A stretch of 64,000 nt of DNA from an uncultured virus (IMG/VR IMGVR_UViG_3300044612_002375). Taxonomy: Duplodnaviria > Heunggongvirae > Uroviricota > Caudoviricetes. This document shows, one piece after another, positions 20,023-29,845 of the stretch. The stretch is from IMG/VR virus record IMGVR_UViG_3300044612_002375; one strand, given 5' to 3'. Position 1 is the first letter of the stretch, and each line of letters starts with the position of its first letter. Under the pieces are notes generated by a model. That model was not told where the DNA came from, made no database searches, and was given only the letters and a program-made list of their open reading frames with translations. The position numbers and the translations under genes were made by a program.

Positions 20023-21021
20023 TTATAATCCTATCCATTTTTTATTATCAAGAGACCATTTAACTAATTGATCTATAGACTGTTCCAAATTATTTTTTGG
20101 AACCCAACCCATTTTAGCCATTTTTTCTCCATCTAAACCATATCTAAGATCGTGGCCCGGTCGGCTAGTATGAAAATCAACTAGTTCATATACAAGTTCT
20201 TTGCCTACGCAATTGGCTATCATTTTTGCTAAAGTTAAATTATCTACTTCTTTTTCTCCAACAATATTGTATTTTTCTGCAGTTTTTCCATTTTTAAGCA
20301 AAAAATCTACGGCATTGCAAACATTTTTTGCATGAATATAAAATCTGCTTCCTGCTTTTGTTAAATTTTTATTTGAATGAATATAAAGTTTATTTCCCAA
20401 ATAAGAATTTTTAATACAAAGTGGAATATATTTTTCTGGATGTTGTCTTTCTCCAAAGACATTCATGCAATGTGTTATCATAATTGGCATTTTGTATGTA
20501 TTTTCAAATGCTACACAAAGCTCTTCGCCTCCAGCTTTAGAAGCAGAATAAGGGTTGCCGGAATTATACCTGTCATTTTCTTTGTAATTTACGCCTTCTG
20601 GCGCAGGTCCAAATACCTCATCAGTTGAAAAATAAATAAAGTTTTTTAAATTTTGTTGTTTTCTTGCAAAATTTAAAATATTACACGTACCAACAACATT
20701 ATCCATAACAAAAAGCATTGGATCTTCAATTGATCTGTCTACGTGAGAAGATGCGCCCAAATGCAGTACGGTGTCAATATTACCTATTGTATTTTTTAAA
20801 ATTTCATTATTATGAAATTCTGATTTCATATCATGCCAAACAAAAGTAATTCTATTTTTGTTTTTTTCCCAATTTGGTAATTCTGTTAGCCGATTTAAAT
20901 TTCCAGAAACATCTAAACGATCTAAAATTACAACATCGCAGTCATCATTTTCTAGCAAATATTCGACCATATGATGGCCAATAAATCCACACCCACCAGT
21001 TACAAGAATTCTATTACGCAT
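20023..21021 (-). CDS. rfbB: NDP-glucose 4,6-dehydratase (RfbB/RmlB-like)
   Basis: ILVTGGCGFIG, ASSHVDRSI, STDEVFG, PYSASK, RPGHDLRY. Confidence 0.88.
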   Translation of the reverse strand: MRNRILVTGGCGFIGHHMVEYLLENDDCDVVILDRLDVSGNLNRLTELPNWEKNKNRITFVWHDMKSEFHNNEILKNTIGNIDTVLHLGASSHVDRSIEDPMLFVMDNVVGTCNILNFARKQQNLKNFIYFSTDEVFGPAPEGVNYKENDRYNSGNPYSASKAGGEELCVAFENTYKMPIMITHCMNVFGERQHPEKYIPLCIKNSYLGNKLYIHSNKNLTKAGSRFYIHAKNVCNAVDFLLKNGKTAEKYNIVGEKEVDNLTLAKMIANCVGKELVYELVDFHTSRPGHDLRYGLDGEKMAKMGWVPKNNLEQSIDQLVKWSLDNKKWIGL

Positions 21022-21709
21022 TTATATTTTCCTTTGAGTATTTTAATATACAGTATTCTGTTTCAAATGCAAGTTTATTTTGATGAGTATTTTGCATCTG
21101 CGTATCATGCAAACGATTGCAGATAAGCTGATCTTCTATAATGTAAGGATCACCAAATTTTTCATATAATTGTTTGTAAATATCACAGTCCATGAGCATG
21201 ATTAATTTTTCATCAAAATAATGTTTTCCTTTAAAAGTCAACACACTAGGAGAACTAATAGTATTTATACCCAAATGCATGTTTTTGTTATAATAAGGTA
21301 TAAATGGTCTAAACATCATATGTATGTTTTTACAGTGCATGGAGCCGTTTACCAACCAGTTACATGATTTATTTTTAAATTCTTCGTAAATTTTTTTTAT
21401 AGAATTTTCATCTACAAAAAAATCGTCACCAAACATTATTTTTATAATTTCAGAAGAACAATTTTTTATTGCAATATTTGCATTTACTGAATTACTTCTT
21501 TCTGTTCCTTTTGAATTTATATATTTTAAATTCAAAAAACTAGAATAATAATTACACAATTCCTTTATGTTATCATCCGTGCTTTGATCGCTGACTACTA
21601 CTTCTATATTTTTTTCTGTTTGTTTTATTATGCTGTTAAGCAACTCTGATAAATAAAGCCAACCATTTCCGTGGGATTCGTAAGTTGGTATTGCTATTGA
21701 TATTTTCAT
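21014..21709 (-). CDS. Glycosyltransferase family 2
   Basis: ISIAIPTYE, EVVVSDQSTD, MFGDD, SPS. Confidence 0.85.
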   Translation of the reverse strand: MKISIAIPTYESHGNGWLYLSELLNSIIKQTEKNIEVVVSDQSTDDNIKELCNYYSSFLNLKYINSKGTERSNSVNANIAIKNCSSEIIKIMFGDDFFVDENSIKKIYEEFKNKSCNWLVNGSMHCKNIHMMFRPFIPYYNKNMHLGINTISSPSVLTFKGKHYFDEKLIMLMDCDIYKQLYEKFGDPYIIEDQLICNRLHDTQMQNTHQNKLAFETEYCILKYSKENINA

Positions 21710-22482
21710 CAGTTTTCTTCCAATATTTTTATTAATGAATACATTGGTGAAATATTTTGCTCCAATGCTTTATAATAATTTTCTTTAACTGCTTCTATTT
21801 TGTTATTATAATCCAAATAACTCAAAGAACAAATATCATTCAAGTCTTTTATTCTTAAAATACCGGCTTCATTAAAGATATTATCAACCGTTGATGCACC
21901 CCAATATATTGGTATTGTACAAGTTAAAAAACAGTCTAAAAGTTTTTCAGTAAACCAAGAATTGGTATCATCATTTTCAATAGCAATTGAAAAACAATAA
22001 TCTTTCAATCCTTCAATCTTATTTTCTATTTCTTTAAACCCACGACCATATAAATCTACACATGGTGGAAGATTATTTATTATATTACGTCTAATTTGAT
22101 GGCCCAATGTAAAATTTTTATTTGATGAAATCATACTAATTAGTTTACTTTTAATAGGCATAAAAGTTGGCGTCTGTATCCAAGATGACATGGATGGATG
22201 CATGTATTTCACAAAAGCAAGAGTTTGTAATTCATCTATGCATGTGTATACAATAATATTATTATTAATATAATAAGTAATATTATTTTTAATTTCTTCT
22301 ATTGTATTTTTTATAATTGCTGGAGATTCATGTAACCAAATTATATTTTTTTTATTTGGTATAATATTTTGGCAATTTATAGAAAGTGCAATGTCTTTAT
22401 TGCATAATTGTGGGTGTGTTTGTTTTAACTGTTTGTATAAAACCTCCCAACAAGGATCTGTTCCAAATATAGTGAGACTCAT
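21709..22482 (-). CDS. GT10 (alpha-1,3-fucosyltransferase-like) glycosyltransferase
   Basis: YCFSIAIEN..WFTEKLLDCF..TIPIYWG; ATGA overlap supports start 22482. Confidence 0.8.
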   Translation of the reverse strand: MSLTIFGTDPCWEVLYKQLKQTHPQLCNKDIALSINCQNIIPNKKNIIWLHESPAIIKNTIEEIKNNITYYINNNIIVYTCIDELQTLAFVKYMHPSMSSWIQTPTFMPIKSKLISMISSNKNFTLGHQIRRNIINNLPPCVDLYGRGFKEIENKIEGLKDYCFSIAIENDDTNSWFTEKLLDCFLTCTIPIYWGASTVDNIFNEAGILRIKDLNDICSLSYLDYNNKIEAVKENYYKALEQNISPMYSLIKILEEN

Positions 22483-23267
22483 ATTATAATCCAATTTTTA
22501 CAATAAATATCTGACCAATTTTTTGGCATTCCTGGAGCAGAACCAAACCAGCTTGATGGAGCAATAACTTTTTTTGAATTGCTTAGCCAAGCACCCCACC
22601 AACTAAAGCTGCTATTGGCTAATATATGATAATTGCACATAGTCATAACACACATATCAATATATTTGTTTCTGGTATCTGGATATACTATAGGACGTTT
22701 TAAATCTTTTAAAAGACTTTCTGTTTTTTCTATATCATCACTAAAAACAAAAATTAATCCATTTTCTGGCAAGATTGACAATGCTTCGTTATAATAATCA
22801 ATGGTGCAAGGTGGATAATTTTGTGGCTGGGAAACATAATCACCAAATCTCATATGCAACGAAATTGCAGGACATTTGGCCACAGCTCGTATATAATCTG
22901 CTTGCTGTTTAATTTCCGATTTAAATTCAAATTCTCTTAATAACTGTTCACGATAATCTATAAAATATTTTTCACTTTGAAAATATCCACATATATCTGT
23001 ATTATCTGGTATTCCAAAGATGCCTGCATTATATGTAAAATTACGTTCCATTGCAGAGTGCACTGAAACTACATTTGATGAATCTTTGGCAGAAAGATTA
23101 TTAAAACAATTTGGTAAAAAAAAGTTTTGAAATTCTATATTTCCCGTATTTGAATACGGAACACCAAATTCATATCCTCTTGTTTTGGCAATGGAATATA
23201 ATGTTGCATATTGAAACAATTGATTGCCAAATAAACCATAAGTCCCCAGTCTATTAAAAGTAATCAT
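22479..23267 (-). CDS. GT11 (alpha-1,2-fucosyltransferase-like) glycosyltransferase
   Basis: GNQLFQYA, GYFQSEKYF, HMRFGDY, NSSFSWWGAWL. Confidence 0.92.
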   Translation of the reverse strand: MITFNRLGTYGLFGNQLFQYATLYSIAKTRGYEFGVPYSNTGNIEFQNFFLPNCFNNLSAKDSSNVVSVHSAMERNFTYNAGIFGIPDNTDICGYFQSEKYFIDYREQLLREFEFKSEIKQQADYIRAVAKCPAISLHMRFGDYVSQPQNYPPCTIDYYNEALSILPENGLIFVFSDDIEKTESLLKDLKRPIVYPDTRNKYIDMCVMTMCNYHILANSSFSWWGAWLSNSKKVIAPSSWFGSAPGMPKNWSDIYCKNWIII

Positions 23268-23899
23268 AGATAGGAAGAATCCTTATCTTCTAAACAGCTA
23301 TCTGTAAAAAATTGCCATTTATTGGCAGATTCTCTGTTATCTGATTGATAGAAATATGGTTTGTTTGGTGTATAAACTTTTTTATAAAATTGTACTGATG
23401 CTGCTCCAATATCCCATGGTTGTTTTAAATCCTCAATACAGTGAATTGCTGCTTGCACCATTTCTTTTCTGTAATCTGGTGTAATATACAAAATAGCATG
23501 AGTTGCCAAGATTCCACCAACTCTCATATAGTCTGGTGTGTATCTTTTAGTTTGGTAACCCCGGTTACCACTTGATACACCAAGATATATGCCGTCTGAG
23601 TCATCAGGAATATCAATAATTGGATTAAACACTTCAGAAAATTCTGCATCATCTTCTAAAATTAGAAGTGGAGTAGAATACTGATCGTCAGCCAAAATAT
23701 CAATATGAGATTGAGCACAACCAACATAATGTGCATTACTTGGAATAGTTCCTTCTGGGGCTGGAATTATTCTTGCTGACTTTCTGTAGGTTTTTTTGAA
23801 ACCGTGTTTGTTTAACCGTTCTTGCATAACTTCTGCATTTTTTGTTGCAGAATCTAAATTTATCCATACGACTGGTATTTCACGTAAATCAATAATCAT
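23264..23899 (-). CDS. GT25-like glycosyltransferase
   Basis: WINLD, GCAQSH, LILEDDA. Confidence 0.8.
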   Translation of the reverse strand: MIIDLREIPVVWINLDSATKNAEVMQERLNKHGFKKTYRKSARIIPAPEGTIPSNAHYVGCAQSHIDILADDQYSTPLLILEDDAEFSEVFNPIIDIPDDSDGIYLGVSSGNRGYQTKRYTPDYMRVGGILATHAILYITPDYRKEMVQAAIHCIEDLKQPWDIGAASVQFYKKVYTPNKPYFYQSDNRESANKWQFFTDSCLEDKDSSYL

Positions 23900-23913
23900 A
23901 AGACCTCACAATA

Positions 23914-23950
23914 AATATAATACATCATATAAAGATGTCAAGTTATTTAG
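23914..23950 (-). promoter_or_regulatory. Tandem late (CTAAATA, 23944-23950) and sigma70-like (TTGACA-N16-TATATT, 23914-23941) promoters of the sugar island
   Basis: Read directly; GAGG SD before the 23899 ATG. Confidence 0.65.
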
Positions 23951-23978
23951 TTGACTTTTTCCTAAGGTACTTTATACT
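23951..23978 (+). promoter_or_regulatory. Sigma70-like promoter TTGACT-N16-TATACT for uvsY
   Basis: Read directly; divergent from the sugar-island promoter. Confidence 0.7.
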
Positions 23979-23987
23979 ACAACCCAA

Positions 23988-24425
23988 ATGAATCTAGAAG
24001 ACCTCAAGAATAATATTACTAAAGATTCCCAAATAGACTCTACAGAATTAGGTGTAGAGGCTCTTAAGATACCTCAAGTACACGCCAAGTATCTTAATAT
24101 GCTTACAGACTTTAAATTGCTTTTGACCAAACACCAGAATGAATATGCAATTCAACGATTGCGTAAGTGGAAAATTTTGACTGGTAAAGCATCCAAAGAA
24201 GAATTGGAAGCATGGGGAGAAGAACCGTTTGATTTGGATCTACTCAAAACTGATGTAGAAAAATTTATTGATGGTGATCCTAAGATTGTTGAATTGAAGT
24301 CTAAAGTGGCTGTCAACGAAATTAAAGTAAAGATGGTTGAGGAATTTTTAAAGGCTATCAATAACCGAAACTTCAATATCAAGTCTGCCATTGACTGGCA
24401 AAAAATGATGAACGGCATAGTATAA
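23988..24425 (+). CDS. uvsY: Recombination mediator UvsY
   Basis: DSQID..EL..EALKIPQVHAKYL..INNRNFNIKSAIDW; precedes uvsW. Confidence 0.92.
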   Translation: MNLEDLKNNITKDSQIDSTELGVEALKIPQVHAKYLNMLTDFKLLLTKHQNEYAIQRLRKWKILTGKASKEELEAWGEEPFDLDLLKTDVEKFIDGDPKIVELKSKVAVNEIKVKMVEEFLKAINNRNFNIKSAIDWQKMMNGIV

Positions 24426-24432
24426 ATATTAT

Positions 24433-25941
24433 GTGGATATTGAAGTTGAATCTGTAGATGAAGTTCGTTACTACATCAAAGCAGAAAAAGGAATCAAGCA
24501 AGAATTACGAGATTATTTCTCGTTTATGGTACCCGGTGCCCAATATATGCCCATGTTCAAACGGCGTATATGGGATGGAAAGATCCGGTTATATGATATC
24601 CTCACATCCACTCTTCCACGCGGATTAAAAACTTATCTTGATAAGTTTTCTCAAGATCGTAAATACTCATTAAATATTAAAGAGAATAGGAATCCTTTAT
24701 GTATAAAGGAAACACAGCTTGCTCAATTCTACGATACCCTAGCGGTGTCGGTGAAAAAGAAGCCCGTGCAGATGCATGCCCATCAGCAGCAAGCAATTAT
24801 TCATGCTTTGAACCATCACAGATGCGTATTGATTTCTCCTACTGGTTCGGGCAAAAGTTTGATAATCTACGTCTTGGTCCGGTTTCTTCAATCCGTCTTA
24901 TCGCCAAATCGAAAGATTTTGATTCTCGTACCAACCGTTGGTCTCGTGAATCAGATGGATTCTGATTTTTTTGATTATTCTTCCCGAGATCCATCTTGGT
25001 CTTGCAAAAAATATATTCATAAAATTTCAGCCGGCGTGAATAAAGATACTAATAAGCAGATAGTAGTCTCTACATGGCAGTCAATATACAAACTACCAAG
25101 AGAGTGGTTTGACCAGTTTGATGCTATCTTCTTTGACGAGTGCCATCAGGCCAAAGCCGAATCTATTAACATGATTGGCCAAAAACTTGCCAAGGCTTGG
25201 TTTCGTATTGGTACAACAGGAACACTAGACCAAGCACAGGCACATCGACTGAGTATCGAAGGTATCCTTGGTCCCGCTATTCAGTTCATTCAAACAAAGA
25301 ACTTAATGAACAAAGGATTGCTTGCCACTATTGGAATCGACTGTATTCTGTTACAGTATACAGACGAAGAAAAGCAGTTGCTCAAGAAGCAAAAATACCC
25401 TGACGAATTAAAGTGGATTATAACTAATAATAAGAGGAACGAATTTGTCAAAGAACTTGCCCTCAAAACCAAAGGCAACACGCTCGTCCTCTTCAATTAC
25501 GTCGAAGATCACGGAAAGCCTCTCGCCGCTCTCTTGGAGTCAGCAAAAAGCGGTAGACCAATATATTTCATCTCTGGAAAAACAGAAGCAGACACAAGAG
25601 AATATATTAGAAAAGTCGTTGATACGGAAAGAGATGCTATACTGGTTGCGAGTTATGGCACTACTAGCGCTGGTATCAACATTGTTAATATCGACAATAT
25701 TATTTTTGCCTCGCCTACTAAATCTATAATTAGATTGTTACAGAGCATTGGTCGTGGTCTAAGAGTATCTGCAAAAAAGAAGACTCTCAAAGTTTTTGAC
25801 ATTGTAGATGATCTATGCTGGCTGAAACACAAGAACCATATCTTTCGTCACTTTGAAGAACGTATAAAAATATACAAAAAAGAAAAGTTTGACCATAAGA
25901 TCTTTTCTATGTCTTTAAAAGACAGCATAAAAGATAAATAA
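24433..25941 (+). CDS. uvsW: RNA-DNA/DNA-DNA helicase UvsW
   Basis: WDGKIRL, SPTGSGKS, DECH, GTTGT, QSIGRGLR. Confidence 0.96.
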   Translation: MDIEVESVDEVRYYIKAEKGIKQELRDYFSFMVPGAQYMPMFKRRIWDGKIRLYDILTSTLPRGLKTYLDKFSQDRKYSLNIKENRNPLCIKETQLAQFYDTLAVSVKKKPVQMHAHQQQAIIHALNHHRCVLISPTGSGKSLIIYVLVRFLQSVLSPNRKILILVPTVGLVNQMDSDFFDYSSRDPSWSCKKYIHKISAGVNKDTNKQIVVSTWQSIYKLPREWFDQFDAIFFDECHQAKAESINMIGQKLAKAWFRIGTTGTLDQAQAHRLSIEGILGPAIQFIQTKNLMNKGLLATIGIDCILLQYTDEEKQLLKKQKYPDELKWIITNNKRNEFVKELALKTKGNTLVLFNYVEDHGKPLAALLESAKSGRPIYFISGKTEADTREYIRKVVDTERDAILVASYGTTSAGINIVNIDNIIFASPTKSIIRLLQSIGRGLRVSAKKKTLKVFDIVDDLCWLKHKNHIFRHFEERIKIYKKEKFDHKIFSMSLKDSIKDK

Positions 25942-25962
25942 TAGTGAAGGGAGGACATATAC

Positions 25963-26634
25963 ATGTCCGAATCACTTCCCGAGAATTCTTTTGGCGGTGT
26001 ATTGCGAGTTGTTAAACTTACTTCAGGTGAAGAAATAATTGGTATGGTTAATGAGGCTTACACCGATAGAATTTCAATTAAACTGCCTGCTCGGCTTGAA
26101 GCCTATGTTGTTCGTGATGAACAAGGAGAATTGGTAGAATACGTTAAACTAACAAATTATCTTTCCAATATTCGCGGTCATGAAATTTCTCTGACACGCA
26201 ATGTCATAGTTTATATTGGAGCACCTACTCTAGAACTAGAGAAAATGTATGAGATCTATTTCATGACAATGCAGACAGATCCCAAAACTGTAGTTTCATC
26301 TCTTCCTGATGATATGAAGTTTGCACACGAATCTGGTCTTCAAATGTTGAATGATTTATTCACAAATGAAGATTTTGTAAATTTTGTCAATGATCTGATA
26401 GATAACTTTGAAGAAGCTGAAATTTTACTAGATGAGGGTGACGAAGAAGATATATTGTCAAACGAAGACCAAGAATCCCCTATAAACGAACCACCTCCAG
26501 AAGAGCCTGCACCCCAACCCAAGCGCAAGAAGCGCCGTAAAGTCAAGCCTGAGCAAAACAAATTGCCATTTGACCCAAATCTGCCACCAGAAAACCCTGA
26601 GAGCTGGTCTGACAACCCCACCGACTATCTTTAA
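25963..26634 (+). CDS. Sm-like-fold protein with acidic tail (usual neighbour of uvsW in T4-like phages)
   Basis: VVKLTSGEEII N-terminal motif; GGAGG SD. Confidence 0.65.
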   Translation: MSESLPENSFGGVLRVVKLTSGEEIIGMVNEAYTDRISIKLPARLEAYVVRDEQGELVEYVKLTNYLSNIRGHEISLTRNVIVYIGAPTLELEKMYEIYFMTMQTDPKTVVSSLPDDMKFAHESGLQMLNDLFTNEDFVNFVNDLIDNFEEAEILLDEGDEEDILSNEDQESPINEPPPEEPAPQPKRKKRRKVKPEQNKLPFDPNLPPENPESWSDNPTDYL

Positions 26635-27158
26635 GTAAGTATGGCGGGGGGATTGGGTGATATTGTATAATATGAATATTTAAATTTGCAATTGGCTTTT
26701 TGAACAATTGCATCACTATTGTCAGATTGAAAATTTAATCCACTCAAATATATTGGAACAATATTTGTAAAAGTTATTGTTATAGGGCTATTGTTAGCAA
26801 GTCCAAATGGACCTGTATAGATGCTTAGGGTTCCTGTAATATGCCAGGTTTGATAATCAATATTATATTCAGTATCATTTTCAATATTTGTAATATTTCG
26901 AATCCATGAGTATATGGAATTCCAATTTGTCATATTTTCATCAACAATGAATTCCACTGCCAGAGGTTCAAATCCAGCAACCATACTTGGAACTGGAATT
27001 GTAGTACCCAAAGTAGTTGGTTGAACTAGATCTGGAACAGAAATACCGGGAAGGTTTGCTCTCTGGCACATAAGTTCCAGTTGGCTAGTACCTCTATTAA
27101 ATTTAAGAGTAAAGTAATTATTGTAAAGTGGATTGGTATTACTTGAGCAGGTTGCCAT
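26631..27158 (-). CDS. gp3: Tail completion/terminator protein (T4 gp3)
   Basis: CQRANLPGIS..FEPLAVEFIVDENMTNW..LSGLNF..FKYSYY. Confidence 0.88.
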   Translation of the reverse strand: MATCSSNTNPLYNNYFTLKFNRGTSQLELMCQRANLPGISVPDLVQPTTLGTTIPVPSMVAGFEPLAVEFIVDENMTNWNSIYSWIRNITNIENDTEYNIDYQTWHITGTLSIYTGPFGLANNSPITITFTNIVPIYLSGLNFQSDNSDAIVQKANCKFKYSYYTISPNPPAILT

Positions 27159-27179
27159 AGAAATATTTATGGATAAAAG

Positions 27180-27209
27180 AAAACCCTCCCGATTTCTCGG
27201 GAGGGTTTT
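27180..27209 (-). terminator. Rho-independent terminator after gp23
   Basis: AAAACCCTCCCGA-GAAA-TCGGGAGGGTTTT perfect stem-loop. Confidence 0.9.
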
Positions 27210-27237
27210 TGAACTTACGCTATCAACTAACTTCTAA

Positions 27238-28692
27238 TCAGCCGTTACCGTGGAGGTTGGCAACTTGAGATAGACGATAGTATTGGTTACGACCTTGCGA
27301 TAGTGTCTCGCCATCTGGAGCATTGCTGCTGTTAAGAACGAAGGGGTTTGCAACAACTCCGTAACGGGTCTTGAACGCAACACGTGGTTGGAAAGTGTTG
27401 GGGTCAACTGCACGGACCATTTGGAGAGGAACGTATGGGCAGTAGAAGATACCTGCGTCATATGGACTTTCACCCTTATAGCCAGCAACGAAGAAGTTGG
27501 CACCAAGTGGGGCATATGGATCGATATAAACACGGATCTTACCACTTAGAATACCAGCAAAGGTTGCTTGTGTGTCATCAACATTGAGTTGAGGAGCAAT
27601 GGCTGGGCTGAGGCTCATGAAACCAGACATAGCGAGGGCAGCTGCGGTATCGCTATCGCAGATGATGAAGTTACCCTTACCACGGCGGGTTTCCTTGGCG
27701 ATTGCATTGCATTCGCGCTCGATTTGGAAGCTGAGACCACGGAAGCGTTCAGCAGACCAACGACCGTCCGAGTCACCAGCGAGGTTATAAACACCCTTGG
27801 TGGTTAGATCGGGTTGTTGTGAACCAGACTTCGCAACAAAGTAAATGGTTCTGACGATCTCGCGGTTAATTTCAGCAAGAATTTCTGTGCTGAGAAGATT
27901 AGCGAGTTCGGCTTCAGCATCAAGACCGTGAACAGCCTTAAGGTCTTGTGCCAATTCGACTGAGTAGTTGCTGCTTAGAGCACGTGTACGGGCTTGTACA
28001 GCAACGCGGTCGATGGAGAAAGACATTTGATTCAATGTCTTATATGGATCTTGAGCTGCTGCTCCACCACCAAGACCTTCACCAAAGTTGGTCAACATAC
28101 CACGGAGAGCATTGAATGAGTTGATACCAGATGTAGCGTATGAAGTATAGTTTATACCACCACAGAATCCGGGGGAATAGTTCCATCCAGCAGATAGACC
28201 GTAACCACCGCATACACCTGCAAAGCTGAGACCAGTAAAGGTATATCCTGAACCACCGTATACTGGTTGTGGTTCTTGGAACATAGCTTCGGTGTAATTG
28301 TTATTACCATAGCTAAGGCCGGGTAGACCAGCGCCATATTGCGAACGCATAGCAAAGATTAGGCCGGTTGGGGCAGTCATGGGTTGAACGCCGCAGATGT
28401 CGTATGCCATAAGATTTGGCATGGAACGACGAACGAGGCTGATTAGAACGGGATCATAACCAGAGACGGCACCAGTGTTGTAACCAGTGGAGGTGGCGGG
28501 GCCACCGAGGTTACCGGAGCTCATATCCTCAGCGAGGTGTTGGCTACGAATGGCTTGCTCTTGGTTCTCAAGAAGGACGGCAGTGACCTTCTTACGGTAA
28601 TCATCACCGATTGGAGACAGAGCTTCGTGATTGAGCACTGGATTCCATTTCTCGGTTAGAATGTCATATGGGGTATTGTCTTGAAATTGCAT
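27238..28692 (-). CDS. gp23: Major capsid protein (T4 gp23)
   Basis: VTAVLLENQE, DPVLISLVRRSMPNL, GVQPMTAPTGLIFAMR, ELAQDLKAVHGLDAEAEL, YCPYVPL, FKTRYG. Confidence 0.98.
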   Translation of the reverse strand: MQFQDNTPYDILTEKWNPVLNHEALSPIGDDYRKKVTAVLLENQEQAIRSQHLAEDMSSGNLGGPATSTGYNTGAVSGYDPVLISLVRRSMPNLMAYDICGVQPMTAPTGLIFAMRSQYGAGLPGLSYGNNNYTEAMFQEPQPVYGGSGYTFTGLSFAGVCGGYGLSAGWNYSPGFCGGINYTSYATSGINSFNALRGMLTNFGEGLGGGAAAQDPYKTLNQMSFSIDRVAVQARTRALSSNYSVELAQDLKAVHGLDAEAELANLLSTEILAEINREIVRTIYFVAKSGSQQPDLTTKGVYNLAGDSDGRWSAERFRGLSFQIERECNAIAKETRRGKGNFIICDSDTAAALAMSGFMSLSPAIAPQLNVDDTQATFAGILSGKIRVYIDPYAPLGANFFVAGYKGESPYDAGIFYCPYVPLQMVRAVDPNTFQPRVAFKTRYGVVANPFVLNSSNAPDGETLSQGRNQYYRLSQVANLHGNG

Positions 28693-28739
28693 TTTAGTAA
28701 ATTCTCCTGTGAGTTAAAATTATTTAGTAATTAGTAAAG

Positions 28740-29801
28740 TTATAGTTTCTTATTTAATCTACCCATTACATTCGCATAGTTTTCTACGAGTGTTGTTGGA
28801 GCAGAAACAGTCTTTGAGAAGGTCATATCCTCATCAACTGCTCTTGAGGGTGCAGAAACTCTATTACCCTGCAAATAGTTTTCCTTGATGGCTACCAACT
28901 TGTTACGATACTCTTCGGGAGTGTTGAAGTTGATATTTTCCATCAAATTTTGTAGTCTGTTTACTTGAGTGTCGGCAAGATTCTTGGTTTCGGCAACAAA
29001 GATTCCAGCACACTCGGTGAGTGCGATCTCTTTCTTGAGATCAATGCTAAACTTCATGGACTCATTGAGAGATTCTTGAAGTTTTCTGTTTTGCTCATAG
29101 AGTTCATCAAGAACATTGTACTTCTCGTTTGGAACATCAATGTAGTGATTCTCAAAGAGATTCTTGAGGCCACTAATGAAATTCTCAGCAATAGTGGTCT
29201 TGATACCTTGTTCGACGGCAACAGTGTTTTCTGTCATCCACTCTTCAACAACGTACTCAAGATAATCATCAACCTTTTCAACCAATGAGTTGGTTACATT
29301 AGAGAGATAGTCTTTGGCATTCTCATCAAGTTCAACAAGAACCTTGGCAACTTCTGATTCAACTCTGTCAGAGACAGCAGCCTCAAAGATTGCTTCAAGT
29401 TGTTCTAGAGAAGACTTATTGACATTACCTTCACCAAGAAGAGAAATGATGGCATCACGGAATTGTGCCTTTAGTTCTTCGTTGGTCTCAACAGGCATTT
29501 CTTCTTCTTCGCCTTCTTCGCCTTCTTGAGCATCATTATCAATGGCAGTATCTTCTTCGCCATCTTTTGCAACAGTAGCACGCATACCTGGAGCAGCAAC
29601 TCTCATGGTTGCGGGTACGCCAGGTTGACTAGCAGATGCTACAGTTGCGGGAACGCCAGTTGTATCAATTGGAGCAGGAACCATGGATCCACCGCCGGTG
29701 GCTACCATATCGGAACGACCAGTTGCGTCCATAACGGTCTTTACTCCACCCATTACTTGGGCAGCGGCTTCAGATAAATTTAGTTTTTTGTTCTTTTTCA
29801 T
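28740..29801 (-). CDS. gp22: Prohead core scaffold (T4 gp22)
   Basis: IFEAAV, VDDYLEYVVEEWMTEN, GLKNLFENHYIDVP. Confidence 0.93.
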   Translation of the reverse strand: MKKNKKLNLSEAAAQVMGGVKTVMDATGRSDMVATGGGSMVPAPIDTTGVPATVASASQPGVPATMRVAAPGMRATVAKDGEEDTAIDNDAQEGEEGEEEEMPVETNEELKAQFRDAIISLLGEGNVNKSSLEQLEAIFEAAVSDRVESEVAKVLVELDENAKDYLSNVTNSLVEKVDDYLEYVVEEWMTENTVAVEQGIKTTIAENFISGLKNLFENHYIDVPNEKYNVLDELYEQNRKLQESLNESMKFSIDLKKEIALTECAGIFVAETKNLADTQVNRLQNLMENINFNTPEEYRNKLVAIKENYLQGNRVSAPSRAVDEDMTFSKTVSAPTTLVENYANVMGRLNKKL

Positions 29802-29845
29802 GTCAATTAATCCTTAAGGTTAAATTATTTAGTATATTTTAATTT

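Noticed and set aside
14424..23899. Sugar island as host chromosomal LPS locus (prophage boundary or chimeric assembly)
   Set aside because: It is flanked seamlessly by gp55 and uvsY, shares the phage's N16 and late promoter styles, and lacks wzx/wzy or other host-type genes.
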